Virus record (IMG/VR): IMGVR_UViG_2936514734_000001
Span: 128,001-192,000 of that record
Length of the DNA stretch: 64,000 bases
DNA from: a virus
Taxonomy: Duplodnaviria > Caudoviricetes
Reading direction: 5' to 3' (one strand)
Shown here: piece after piece, positions 1 through 9,835 of the stretch
Position numbering within the stretch: the first letter of the stretch is position 1
Layout of the letters: every line of letters starts with the position of its first letter
Notes under the pieces: model-generated
Told to the model about the DNA's origin: nothing
What the model saw: the letters and a program-made list of their open reading frames with translations, nothing else
Databases searched by the model: none
Made by a program: the position numbers and the translations under genes

Positions 1-764
1 ACATTGTTTTGGAGTGGTGTACCTGTACTTGCGAATCGGTAAGTAGAAGGCAATGATTTAATTGCTTTATAGGTTTGAGACTCTTTATTTTTCAATCGAT
101 GGGCTTCATCAGCAATAATGACGTCATAATGAAATTCCTTCATCATATCTGCCATATTTCTTACTAGTTCATAGTTAGCTATACCAAACAGATAGCTACC
201 ATTAATAAATTTAAGAAAAGCATTCTTTTTCTCTTTTGTATTTTTTCCATCTATAACAATATTTTTATGTCCTAGGAATTTATCTATTTCAGATGACCAC
301 TGATACTTTAAAGAGCTAGGACAAATAACTAACACTTTCTTAACTTTTCCTTGTTTCCACAGCATATGAGCAGCACCCATTGTTTGTACGGTTTTACCTA
401 ACCCCATGTCGTCGCCAATAATACCGCTTCCTACATGAGCTAGAAATGAAATCCCTTGCTGTTGAAACTCATAGGGCTGTAACTCGAAGTCGCTAAAATC
501 CGTTAACATTGGAAATTCAGGAACTAATACTTCCTCAATGCCTTTTATGGATTCTATAGTTGTAAACCAAGCAGTTACGTCCTCATAACGCCTTGCAAAT
601 TCATCCACATGACGTTTTGGGACCATCCACTTGTATTTCTCTTCAATGTAATAAGCGCCCGGTAGTGACCTCATAAACTCTGTATAAGACTTAAATGATT
701 CACTAGATAATTTTGACTCTATACGAATATCTAAATAGTTATCCTGTAATCGGAGCGAAAACAA
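1..764 (-). CDS. SNF2-family (SF2) helicase, N-terminal part; runs off the window edge
   Basis: Manual minus-strand translation from a TTG at 764 (RBS GGAGG) gives motifs GIIGDDMGLGKT, VLVICPSSLKYQW, IIADEAHRLKN and STGTPLQN. Missing from the ORF track because it is truncated. Confidence 0.9.
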   Translation of the reverse strand, partial: MFSLRLQDNYLDIRIESKLSSESFKSYTEFMRSLPGAYYIEEKYKWMVPKRHVDEFARRYEDVTAWFTTIESIKGIEEVLVPEFPMLTDFSDFELQPYEFQQQGISFLAHVGSGIIGDDMGLGKTVQTMGAAHMLWKQGKVKKVLVICPSSLKYQWSSEIDKFLGHKNIVIDGKNTKEKKNAFLKFINGSYLFGIANYELVRNMADMMKEFHYDVIIADEAHRLKNKESQTYKAIKSLPSTYRFASTGTPLQNN

Positions 765-783
765 TAACGATCCCTCCTAGTAA

Positions 784-1680
784 TTAGTTAAGGATTTCAA
801 TTTTTATATTTCTCTTACCGAAATCAATAGCATGATCTAAAGATGTCATATAGATATCTACTCTATTTCCATCAATGGCACCGCCACGATCTGCAACCTC
901 ATAGACTCCATTAATAGAAGGGTAATCTTCGCATGTGATTCTTACTTTTGTTCCTAATGGAACCCAGCTATCCATTGCGACCATTCCAGGTTGCACAGTT
1001 TTTCCTGAAGCCGTTACTCCTGTAACACCCGGTTCATTTAAGGTATAAGCAGAAGCTACACCATTTACGACCTGTTTTGTTTCGGTAGTATTTTCTACTG
1101 GTTGTGATGTTTGATTACTAACTTTTTCTACCTTTGATTCTTCTGCTTTTAGTTTTTGCGGTTGTACATTGTTAGTAGCAGAAGATTTAGGAGTAGGTAT
1201 GTTAGTAACAGAAGCCTTTTTAGTCTGTTCTGATTTTACTGGTGAAGTTGTTTTAGCAGACGAATTATCGGCTTTTACTTGCCTGGGATAGTTCTTCTGT
1301 TCTTTTAATTCACTAGATAACGAACTGTTCTTTTGTTCAAGCTCCTTATTTTTTGCTTCAAGATTACTTTTCTGTTCAGACAGAGCTTCCTTTTCTTTTT
1401 TTAAGGACTCTTTTTCCTTGGAAAGTTTTTCTACTTGTTCAGCAAGTTTATCTATTTTTTCTTGCTCTTCTTTTTGATGCTGCTCTATTTCTTTGGCGTA
1501 TTTATTAGCAGCGGCTAATTGATGGACAGTTTTTTTATGGTCTTTACTTAAGGTGGTTAGATCCGCGTTTAGATCATGGTTCTCGTGAAATAGAAATCCT
1601 ACGCCGCCAGCCACTACAATTGCTGCTGAAACCTTCATGCAGTTTTGTATTACTTTGCCCTTTGTGATTTTTTGTTTCAT
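784..1680 (-). CDS. Membrane-anchored/secreted coiled-coil protein with C-terminal 3D domain (cell-wall lytic transglycosylase-like)
   Basis: N-terminal hydrophobic segment, coiled coil, then ASAYT...GVTASG...VAMD...PLGTKV...VADRGGAIDGNRVDIY, typical of 3D domains. Confidence 0.85.
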   Translation of the reverse strand: MKQKITKGKVIQNCMKVSAAIVVAGGVGFLFHENHDLNADLTTLSKDHKKTVHQLAAANKYAKEIEQHQKEEQEKIDKLAEQVEKLSKEKESLKKEKEALSEQKSNLEAKNKELEQKNSSLSSELKEQKNYPRQVKADNSSAKTTSPVKSEQTKKASVTNIPTPKSSATNNVQPQKLKAEESKVEKVSNQTSQPVENTTETKQVVNGVASAYTLNEPGVTGVTASGKTVQPGMVAMDSWVPLGTKVRITCEDYPSINGVYEVADRGGAIDGNRVDIYMTSLDHAIDFGKRNIKIEILN

Positions 1681-1760
1681 GTTGAATCAATCCTCTCGTG
1701 TTTTATTTCTGTTGTATTGGTAGTTAAATAAAACTTGGTGGATAATAAGATATGGAGAAT

Positions 1761-1795
1761 AAAAAAGAGTCCACCAAATAACGATGGACTCTTTT
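1761..1795. terminator. Bidirectional intrinsic terminator
   Basis: AAAAAAGAGTCCA...TGGACTCTTTT hairpin with A and T tails. Confidence 0.65.
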
Positions 1796-1885
1796 AATAT
1801 ATTTTAAATACATGTTTAATTTTAGTTGTTGGGTACTAGTCGATTAGTAAATGGATATGTAATGGGTTACACACACTGCATAGTG

Positions 1886-2128
1886 TTATTCACTAACAGG
1901 TGGGAACTCCTTCTTTTCATACCATTGATGACGACATGCACGCTTCAAGCAAGTATACTTAATACGAGTCTTCCATTCATCTTTATAAGACTTCGCATTT
2001 CCACACTCAGGGCATTGATTCTCGACGTAACGATCCTTGTAGGTATTGCCCTTAGTTTTATGACCTCTTGATTGTGCATTGTATGATACTACTTGTTTAG
2101 TTTCCATATCTATTCCACCCCTACGCAA
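1886..2128 (-). CDS. Small Zn-ribbon protein
   Basis: CPEC...CLKRAC motif; real start probably METKQ. Confidence 0.6.
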   Translation of the reverse strand: MRRGGIDMETKQVVSYNAQSRGHKTKGNTYKDRYVENQCPECGNAKSYKDEWKTRIKYTCLKRACRHQWYEKKEFPPVSE

Positions 2129-2253
2129 TTTTACAACAGTTATTTTTCACCTTAAATATTCCTAAACCATAATATTAAATGTCCAAGGAGAAACATAAGC
2201 ACTTCCCCTACCATTTGGCAAGTGCTTATTGTTAAAAAAATAAAATACAGTAA

Positions 2254-2853
2254 TTATTTTTTATTGTTGTAATGTTCTAGTAGATCGTATAGGATAGACA
2301 GTCTTTTTTCTTCATAACTCTGGTGGAGCTGAAAGTTTGCCTTGACCGCTTCCACACGATCGATATTGCCTGCAACTAAGTTTTCTACATCTTCTAAGAT
2401 TGCAGCCATCTCTTTATGAGCTTTACCAAACACTTCATCGAAATCCTTTGAAACAGCAAGAGGAAAGATACTATAGATTTTGGTAAATTCATTCATCATA
2501 TGACGATGAACATACATCATATATTGTTTAATCTTAGCTACTTCTTGTAAGCCGATAGAAACAGCTCTTGCTTCTTGATCACGGGTAAGGGGTGGCAAAG
2601 GTGTTCTACTAACGAATTGTTCCCATTTGTCGTCACCAATAGAAGGAGGAATATAATCCTGAGCTGCTTGTTCCATTTGTTCAGGTGTAAGTTCTTTCGC
2701 TTCTTCTGTAAATAAAGTATCTTCTAGTGTTTCATTAGCTTTGGGCATTACAACATTATTTTTCTTTGGTTCTTCACCATTTAGTAAATCGCCAAAAGTT
2801 TCTTCGAATACATTCTCTTTTTTGTTATCTTGGTTTTTTTGGTTTTCTTCCAT
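2254..2853 (-). CDS. Hypothetical protein
   Basis: 199-aa ORF with RBS, in operon. Confidence 0.7.
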   Translation of the reverse strand: MEENQKNQDNKKENVFEETFGDLLNGEEPKKNNVVMPKANETLEDTLFTEEAKELTPEQMEQAAQDYIPPSIGDDKWEQFVSRTPLPPLTRDQEARAVSIGLQEVAKIKQYMMYVHRHMMNEFTKIYSIFPLAVSKDFDEVFGKAHKEMAAILEDVENLVAGNIDRVEAVKANFQLHQSYEEKRLSILYDLLEHYNNKK

Positions 2854-2859
2854 ATAAAA

Positions 2860-3051
2860 TTACTCCCTCTTTGAAAAAATAAGTTTGTTACAATTAGTGC
2901 ACGAATATCGTATTTCAGTTTTTTCAGGGAGCTCGTTAAACTCTATCACTCTTCCAGCGGAATCTTTTTTATACGAGGCTAATACGCAAACCTCTTTTCT
3001 TAAATAGGCTTGTTCGCATTCACACCTAGTAAAATCCTCATGAAGTCTCAA
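2860..3051 (-). CDS. Small Cys-rich (Zn-finger) hypothetical protein
   Basis: CEC...CTNC; GGGAGG RBS. Confidence 0.6.
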   Translation of the reverse strand: MRLHEDFTRCECEQAYLRKEVCVLASYKKDSAGRVIEFNELPEKTEIRYSCTNCNKLIFSKRE

Positions 3052-3332
3052 TCATAATTCCTCCCTTGGATGTATTTACTGGTAGAAGTTATTTCCCCAT
3101 GTCTAACAACAAGTTATCTGCTATCCTAGGATAAGTAACTTGTTATATATTTCTATTCTTATATACCTTCAAAGTTAAAATCATTTATATCTGTATAGAC
3201 TTGGAAGATAAAAAGAAATATTAGTAAATAATTTGACAATGTTTTCTAATATAGTATAAATCGGTTTGTAAATTGAGTAAACATACTATTCGTGACTCAT
3301 AAGAAAACGCTTACATTAAAAAAAGAAAGCCT

Positions 3333-3740
3333 TCATCGGAAAGATGGCCGCTTTCTTAAAGTTACTGATCTATTAAGATTTCTATACTCTGATTTATTTA
3401 GATGGTTGTAGCACCTCTTAGTAATGGGTAGGCGCATTATTTTTAGGTCTGCCCACCACGGACCATAAGTAGCATTGTCCCATCCATAACCTATTAGCTT
3501 ATCGAGGTTAATTGCTGCATATCGGGTAACTTTTTCAAACCTGCAGTTACGCCTGTTGAAATAGTTAACCCAAAATGACAGCGAATCTTTAAATCTGTAT
3601 ACTACATTATTTGACACATACACAAGAACATGATGCTGTGTTTCTTCATCAAGCTTGATGCAATATATCTTTTCGTGAAAAGGTTGAAGTTCTGTAATTT
3701 CGTCTGGTAGCTTGCCTTGTACTTCGTAGATATCAGACAT
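3333..3740 (-). CDS. Stand-alone LytTR-type DNA-binding protein
   Basis: IYCI...SL...FEKVTRYAAINLDKL...LPITKR pattern resembles LytTR (F.R.HRSY.VN...I, lpvsR); no receiver domain. Confidence 0.65.
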   Translation of the reverse strand: MSDIYEVQGKLPDEITELQPFHEKIYCIKLDEETQHHVLVYVSNNVVYRFKDSLSFWVNYFNRRNCRFEKVTRYAAINLDKLIGYGWDNATYGPWWADLKIMRLPITKRCYNHLNKSEYRNLNRSVTLRKRPSFR

Positions 3741-3751
3741 ACTTTTTCACC

Positions 3752-3907
3752 TTAATGCCACCACCAAGATAAGCTTGAGGCTTCATATATAGATGAATCA
3801 TCAAAACCTGCCTCAGCTTGCATTGTGTCAGCTTCAGCATAAGCAACAGTGGCGAAGGTAGCTAAAATTAGAGACATTACAAAACCTAATGTAATTTTTC
3901 TAGTCAT
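3752..3907 (-). CDS. Unannotated 51-aa secreted pro-peptide (candidate signalling peptide)
   Basis: RBS GAGGAGGTG; MTRKITLGFVMSLILATFATVAYA-EADTMQAEAGFDDSSIYEASSLSWWWH; Sec signal with AYA cleavage site; start overlaps the upstream stop. Confidence 0.8.
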   Translation of the reverse strand: MTRKITLGFVMSLILATFATVAYAEADTMQAEAGFDDSSIYEASSLSWWWH

Positions 3908-4604
3908 GCTTGTTCACCTCCTCGATTGGTTTTAAGAATTGGATTTCATCGTGTTCTTTCTTTAAAGCATATGCTAGTAGAAAAACGAACACAAAAAATG
4001 AACTAATTGATAAGAATGTTAAGCTAGGGGTAATAGAATTAAGGTGTGTAAATATAATAGTAGAAGGAAGACAAAGTGATGCGCAAATTGATATTCCAAT
4101 TACTAAGTTACGCTCCCATTTGAAACGAATTCTTTCAAAATCAAATGTAAAACCCCATCCTTTTAGATAAAGCAAAACTGCTATTAAGCTATAAACCAGA
4201 CCAGAAGTAATATCCAAGGCATAATTGCGCCATATATGTTGTTTCAGTTCCGCCGGCATAAAAAAGCCAAACGAACTAAATATAATCCCGAGTTGAACCA
4301 CAAGCGGAAGAATAAGACCTCCCGAAACTGTCACCATTAATGACCAGATTGTTGGGATTTTAACTACAGCTGTTAGGTAGAGAAAGGTGATTAAGACTGA
4401 TATGATCGGGACCACATAACCAATTTTAGCATCCGTATTAAAATAGACTAAATAATTGATTATGCTATTTAAAAGTGAAACAACCGCAATCTTTTTAAAA
4501 TGACGACGTACCCTTAGTTGAAATAGGGCTGACATGATTACAAAAGTACCAATATTATAGATACTTTGTGATAGTACAAACCATTCTAAATTAGCGGAAT
4601 TCAA
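3900..4604 (-). CDS. Polytopic membrane protein (~7 TM), AgrC-sensor-like but with no kinase domain
   Basis: Successive hydrophobic helices; protein ends right after the last TM segment. Confidence 0.7.
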   Translation of the reverse strand: MNSANLEWFVLSQSIYNIGTFVIMSALFQLRVRRHFKKIAVVSLLNSIINYLVYFNTDAKIGYVVPIISVLITFLYLTAVVKIPTIWSLMVTVSGGLILPLVVQLGIIFSSFGFFMPAELKQHIWRNYALDITSGLVYSLIAVLLYLKGWGFTFDFERIRFKWERNLVIGISICASLCLPSTIIFTHLNSITPSLTFLSISSFFVFVFLLAYALKKEHDEIQFLKPIEEVNKHD

Positions 4605-4745
4605 ATATTTCTCCCCTTTTATTCTCTACTTCTACCTAGTAAAAATTTCATGCAGTTAATGTTTTCTTCCTTAATTGGGTGTCTTTTATCACAGGAATTA
4701 TTTTCGCATATATAGCCAATATAATCCACAATTTGATGATGAAAA

Positions 4746-5528
4746 TTAGATGACATTTCTGTTATTTTTCTGACCATTTTTACTAATTTGACTTCTCAAT
4801 TCTTCTACTTCTTCACGAAGTCTTCTTAGTTCCTGGTACATTTCTATTTCCATGTCAAATGACTTTACCAAATAAATAGATTCGTCATTTTTATAGCGGA
4901 ATGGTATTACCCAATACGGTCTGTTTTCTTGAAATGCTTCAAGCTCTTGCTTTTCAAGCCATTCTTTAGGAATACTGATAGTTTTCTCTCCTCGTGCATT
5001 TAACGTTCCCCTCTCTTTACATTCCATCAAATAGTCTTGGGTTTTGATGTCTCCTTTTGCATACCACATTGCTCCACTGTTGGCTTGACGCTTAGCGTCT
5101 TCAATAGGTTTTTTTCTCATTGTTGGTGTGGCACCCATTGTAGATAATGAAACTCGTGAAAGAGGATTTACAGGTATTTCTTTAGGGACTTCTTCCTTAT
5201 CATCAGATGATTCTACCTGTATACGAGGTTTTTGTATTTTAGTCTTTTTGTTCGATTGCTTGAAACCCGTAGAGGAAGTAGGACTTTTTGCTTGATAAGC
5301 TGAATTCCATTTCTTTGCTACGGTCTTTTCAAAGGCCATCCCCTCCTTTCGTTCGTCTTTATGAATTCGAAAAGCCGCATTACGCTCAGCTTGTTTTTTC
5401 TGTTCTCTTATTCTGAGCTTTTCTGCTCTTTCCTCATGACTGTTTTTATACAACCGCACACCATCACATAGGTGACAGAGTGCGGAATTCTCACACTTGT
5501 TATGAGTTTCTTGGCTACACTTATGCAA
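4746..5528 (-). CDS. PD-(D/E)xK nuclease, Holliday-junction-resolvase-like
   Basis: GMAFEKTVAK...NSGA...KGDI...LMECK motif; Cys-rich N-terminus. Confidence 0.55.
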   Translation of the reverse strand: MHKCSQETHNKCENSALCHLCDGVRLYKNSHEERAEKLRIREQKKQAERNAAFRIHKDERKEGMAFEKTVAKKWNSAYQAKSPTSSTGFKQSNKKTKIQKPRIQVESSDDKEEVPKEIPVNPLSRVSLSTMGATPTMRKKPIEDAKRQANSGAMWYAKGDIKTQDYLMECKERGTLNARGEKTISIPKEWLEKQELEAFQENRPYWVIPFRYKNDESIYLVKSFDMEIEMYQELRRLREEVEELRSQISKNGQKNNRNVI

Positions 5529-5799
5529 CAGCCATCAACTCCATTTCTAACTTTTCATTGTATTTATAATTAGTTGCATCTTCATTTAAGCGATAAATAG
5601 TTACAACACGGCTCTTATAGCAGACCGCTTGATACTTAGAAGTTACTAAGATATAGTGATCCTTTACCTTAGAAGGTTTACGGTACCTTACATCTCGTTG
5701 CAAGTCTCTATTTATTTGGGTAATGATTCGCTTTCGAGAAGCGGTTTTCTTACCGATACGCCCTTTATACCTCCTTACCGCATGTCTTGTAATTGTCAT
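5521..5799 (-). CDS. Hypothetical protein
   Basis: ITRHAVRRY...VVTIY small basic phage protein; RBS present. Confidence 0.6.
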   Translation of the reverse strand: MTITRHAVRRYKGRIGKKTASRKRIITQINRDLQRDVRYRKPSKVKDHYILVTSKYQAVCYKSRVVTIYRLNEDATNYKYNEKLEMELMAVA

Positions 5800-5825
5800 A
5801 CGATTAGCCCTCCTTTCTTTGAGTA

Positions 5826-6368
5826 TTATGAGTTCCTTGCAAATGAAGAAAATGAATCTTGTGAAACCATTAAGTCTTTATCTAGTTTCAATAAGCCATT
5901 AATTGTAATTAAGCGATTTTGCTTGTTAGTCAGAACATCAAGTATCCCTTTTACATACATATAACGGTCGGTTGTTTCACGTTGCATGTCATAGAGGGTT
6001 AAACCACTATCAGTTTTAACTTTTTGCACTTCTAACACCGCATTACGTTTACGATCATCTTCATTTCTACCTTTAAGACCTACTCTTTCAATCTCTTTTA
6101 CCATCAAGTCGATTCTCTCTTTAGATGCTTCTAAGTCTGAGAATTGTAAACGAAGAAAAGAATAAATGTTATCGATACGTGATAAGATACTAATCGCCAT
6201 ACCAGCATTAACATCTGTAGGGATTTGAATAGATGTAACATTTGCACTAAGAGCAGAACGATAACCGTTCCACTCCTCTTTTGTCATATCAACTATTGGG
6301 TTAGTTGCATGAACAACTATTGGATTTTCTCTAGGCGTAGTTGCTGGATTTACATTATTCATGGTCAT
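5826..6368 (-). CDS. Hypothetical coiled-coil protein
   Basis: 180-aa ORF overlapping the tmk stop. Confidence 0.65.
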   Translation of the reverse strand: MTMNNVNPATTPRENPIVVHATNPIVDMTKEEWNGYRSALSANVTSIQIPTDVNAGMAISILSRIDNIYSFLRLQFSDLEASKERIDLMVKEIERVGLKGRNEDDRKRNAVLEVQKVKTDSGLTLYDMQRETTDRYMYVKGILDVLTNKQNRLITINGLLKLDKDLMVSQDSFSSFARNS

Positions 6369-6979
6369 GCCACCTTCTTTTCTTCTAAAAGAGAAAGTGT
6401 GCGATCTAGGATTTGCTTATGCAATTCTTCAACTTCCTTTGTACCATCCAATATTAAAGCTCGATCTGATTCTTGCTCAATAGTCATGATGCGTAGATAA
6501 TTGTCGCGAGCTTTACTTAATAGAGCACTATCACTTTCATACTTGTCATTCTCTCCCCATTTACCTTTACGCTTCATAGATTCTTCTGGTGAGATATCTA
6601 AAAAGAATTCAAAATTAGGCTCCGGCATACGATCTAACAAGCTTAAAGTAAAGTCAATATCAACTCCATTAGCTGTGCTATAAGCAAATTGACTTGTAAG
6701 ATAGCGGTCTAGAATAAGCACATCTGTCTTTTCCTTAATTTCTTCAAACCAATCTAACTGAGCATACTTATCCGCTGCCATAATACATTCAATAGCAAGT
6801 TGATTTGCCTGGTATTCGCCATCTAAAAACTTACGAATAAGTTGACCCGTTGGTGTGTCATAACGATGAAATTCAGATTTCTCTACGTTATAACCACGTT
6901 CATATAATGCCTGATATAGTAACTCAGATTGAGATTTCTTACCGCTCTTATCTAATCCTTCAAACGTAATAATAATCAT
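6365..6979 (-). CDS. tmk: Thymidylate kinase
   Basis: ITFEGLDKSGKKSQ P-loop; ILDRY motif. Confidence 0.92.
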   Translation of the reverse strand: MIIITFEGLDKSGKKSQSELLYQALYERGYNVEKSEFHRYDTPTGQLIRKFLDGEYQANQLAIECIMAADKYAQLDWFEEIKEKTDVLILDRYLTSQFAYSTANGVDIDFTLSLLDRMPEPNFEFFLDISPEESMKRKGKWGENDKYESDSALLSKARDNYLRIMTIEQESDRALILDGTKEVEELHKQILDRTLSLLEEKKVA

Positions 6980-7461
6980 GCTGCCTTCACTCCTGTGCTT
7001 CCAAATCCTCCATTACGTTCCAGCTTACTAGATTGAGCATCTTCATCTGCTTTTAAGTAAGGTAGGAAAATTCCTTGGGCAATACGGTCCCCATGATTAA
7101 CTCTGAAGACTTCTTCTCCCTCGTTTCGAAGTAAGATTAAGATATGATTACCATAAAAATCTGAATCAATGACTCCTGTAGCATTTTGTAAAGTTAAGTT
7201 ATTTCCATAAGCTAACCCGCTTCTTACAAATAAAGCGAGCCATTCATCTACTCCCATATAAGCAGTTAAGCCAGTATTAACAATAGCTTTAGTGTTTGGC
7301 GGGATAACGTAATCGCCAATTGCACAAATATCGTATCCCGCTGAATCATTTGTTTTACGAACAGGCTTCTTTACTGATCCATTAGCAAAATGCTCCTGAA
7401 AGTTTTCCAATACTTCAAAACCTCTACGCTTTTTTCTTTTAAAAAAATTAAACAATTTCAT
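6976..7461 (-). CDS. dut: Trimeric dUTPase
   Basis: SAGYD, RSG, GVIDSDFYG, GDRIAQGIF and RNGGFGSTG motifs. Confidence 0.95.
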   Translation of the reverse strand: MKLFNFFKRKKRRGFEVLENFQEHFANGSVKKPVRKTNDSAGYDICAIGDYVIPPNTKAIVNTGLTAYMGVDEWLALFVRSGLAYGNNLTLQNATGVIDSDFYGNHILILLRNEGEEVFRVNHGDRIAQGIFLPYLKADEDAQSSKLERNGGFGSTGVKAA

Positions 7462-7490
7462 GTTGATTCTTCCTCCTGTAGAAAAATTGG

Positions 7491-9455
7491 CTATGCAGTT
7501 TGTACCATGACCGTTTTGTAATCTCCTGGTATTTCATCTAAAAACGGACTAGGTTTTTGCCTAATCGGTTTTTGAGAACCATACTCATACTTAAAGGCGG
7601 AATGGGTTAGATATAAACGTTTTCCTGCCCTGGTCATAGCTACATACATCAATCGCCGCTCTTCTTCCATATCAGCAGGATTTCCTTTAGAACGATAATG
7701 TGGGAATACATCATCTTCTAAACCAATAACGAATGTTTCAGGCCATTCTAAACCTTTTGCAGAGTGTACCGAAGTAAGAGTTACAAAATCATCTTCATCT
7801 TCTTCTGCCTCTCCATCTAAACTTATCTCTGAAACGAATTGAGCTAAGGTATTAATATCCTTTTCTTGTGCATCCCAGTGTCGTGCATAATCTCTCAAGT
7901 GGGTTACGTTCTCAATCCTTGCTTCATCCTCTTCTTTATCCCTATCAAATTGCTTCATAAAGTCAGTTTTCTTCAACAAGATACGTAAGAACTTAGCTGC
8001 AGAAAACTCCTCTTCTAAGCCAGCTTGATAAAGCTCCTGCATAATTGAGACATAACCTTTTATCTTCGTCACAGTACCTTTATTAATCTTACTTTGAGCT
8101 GCTACTTCATCAATATTCTGCAAAGCAACAAACATCGGTATTTTACGTTCTTGAGCAAACAATCGAACCTTATTAACAGTTGCTTCACCAATTGCTCTCT
8201 TAGGTACGTTAATCGTCTTTTCAATCGCATAATCGTCTGCCAGGTTATGACTAGCACGAATATAAGAAACGATATCTTTGATTTCTTTTCTGTCATAGAA
8301 AGAGGTTGTTCCTACTATTTTGTAAGGAATATTTTCATCTCTCAATGCAAGTTCTAGATGTTTTGATTGGAAGTTCATACGATACAGAACCGCGAAGTCT
8401 TTCCAATCACACTTCGATGTTTTACGGATATTCACTATTAATCGAGCTACAAAATCAGCTTCTCTTGAAGCATCATTAAAGCGGAATACATGAATATCGT
8501 CACCGGTTGTTCCAACGGAGAAAGCTTCTCTTTCTAATCGCATTTTGTTATGAGAAACCAAAGAGTTAGAGGCGTTCACGATTTTTTGTGTAGAACGATA
8601 ATTTTCTTGAAGTAAGATTACTTTTGTATCAGGATGTAATCTTTGATAATTTAGGATGTTTTCGATCTTAGCAGAGCGGAATGAATAGATAGATTGATCC
8701 GCATCACCTACTAAAAAAATGTTTCCGTGCTTCTGTGATAGCATTTCAATTAATTCAAATTGAACTTTGTTTGTATCCTGAAACTCGTCTACTAAAATGT
8801 AGCGAAATAGATTTTGATACTTCCCTAACAATTCGGGATTTGATTTAAATAAATTAACTGTCTTTAATAACAGATCATCAAAATCAAAATAATTATGAAC
8901 AGCTTTTAAATCTTCATATAATTGATAAACATTAGCTGCATCTGCTTTGTCTCGTTTCCCCTGTGTTTGTGATTGTGCTTCACCAGGTGTAATAGCATCA
9001 TTTTTCCATGAAGAAATTTGACCAAGAAGACTAAATACCGCCTGCTTATCGACTTCAATGCCTAACTGAACAGCCGCTGTTTTTATCATAGCCTTCTGAT
9101 CTGAATCGTCCATTAACGTAAACATTTCTAAGCCTAAATGATGAAGGTTAGTAGATAAGATTCTGTTACATACACTATGAAATGTACCTATCCATGCTTT
9201 AAATGCTCGAGAATCAATATTGTTTACACGTTCTTTCATCTCTTTTGCACTTTTGTTTGTAAATGTGATAGCTAAAATACGCCAAGGATCTACTCCTTGC
9301 TCTAATAAGTACGCAATACGAGTAGTTAGCACTTTTGTTTTTCCAGAACCAGCTCCTGCTAAAACAAGATTACGTCCTTCTGTTTCTAGTACCGCTCGTT
9401 TTTGGCTATCATTTAGCCCTTGCAATAAAGGGTTTTCCAATGCTGTTGTTAGCAC
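7491..9455 (-). CDS. pcrA: PcrA/UvrD ATP-dependent DNA helicase
   Basis: AGAGSGKT, TFTNK, VDEFQD, VGDADQSIY, QENYRST, HSAKGLE and EERRLMYVAMTRA motifs. Confidence 0.95.
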   Translation of the reverse strand: MLTTALENPLLQGLNDSQKRAVLETEGRNLVLAGAGSGKTKVLTTRIAYLLEQGVDPWRILAITFTNKSAKEMKERVNNIDSRAFKAWIGTFHSVCNRILSTNLHHLGLEMFTLMDDSDQKAMIKTAAVQLGIEVDKQAVFSLLGQISSWKNDAITPGEAQSQTQGKRDKADAANVYQLYEDLKAVHNYFDFDDLLLKTVNLFKSNPELLGKYQNLFRYILVDEFQDTNKVQFELIEMLSQKHGNIFLVGDADQSIYSFRSAKIENILNYQRLHPDTKVILLQENYRSTQKIVNASNSLVSHNKMRLEREAFSVGTTGDDIHVFRFNDASREADFVARLIVNIRKTSKCDWKDFAVLYRMNFQSKHLELALRDENIPYKIVGTTSFYDRKEIKDIVSYIRASHNLADDYAIEKTINVPKRAIGEATVNKVRLFAQERKIPMFVALQNIDEVAAQSKINKGTVTKIKGYVSIMQELYQAGLEEEFSAAKFLRILLKKTDFMKQFDRDKEEDEARIENVTHLRDYARHWDAQEKDINTLAQFVSEISLDGEAEEDEDDFVTLTSVHSAKGLEWPETFVIGLEDDVFPHYRSKGNPADMEEERRLMYVAMTRAGKRLYLTHSAFKYEYGSQKPIRQKPSPFLDEIPGDYKTVMVQTA

Positions 9456-9475
9456 ATATTTCTCCCCTTTCTATA

Positions 9476-9709
9476 TCAATAAACCTTGGCTAATGGGTAA
9501 AACGATAATACTTCTTTACTTACTTTCCATTCAGCAGCAGCATCTTTAATTGCCTTTTCATCACTGTCTGCCATATACGTGCCAAGAACAACTTCTTTTG
9601 GATTCTTAAGCTCTACCCATCCTTCTCCATCACGTTCTCCATCCGGATTACCAAGAAAACCTGTGGGATCTGTATAAGCCTCATTTGTGACTATTAGATA
9701 TTCCCTCAT
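9476..9709 (-). CDS. Hypothetical protein
   Basis: 77-aa ORF with AAAGGAG RBS downstream of a promoter. Confidence 0.65.
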   Translation of the reverse strand: MREYLIVTNEAYTDPTGFLGNPDGERDGEGWVELKNPKEVVLGTYMADSDEKAIKDAAAEWKVSKEVLSFYPLAKVY

Positions 9710-9750
9710 ATAAAATCTCCTTTATATCGTTCTGATTAATTCCTCAAAGA

Positions 9751-9779
9751 AACGTAAGCAGTTAAAACTGATTCGTCAA
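9751..9779 (-). promoter_or_regulatory. SigA-like promoter TTGACG-N17-TACGTT
   Basis: One of four promoters sharing the TACGTT -10 element. Confidence 0.65.
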
Positions 9780-9835
9780 TAACTGAAGACAAAAAAATAA
9801 GACGAGCATGTAAGCCCGTCTTGGTGAGGTGACTA

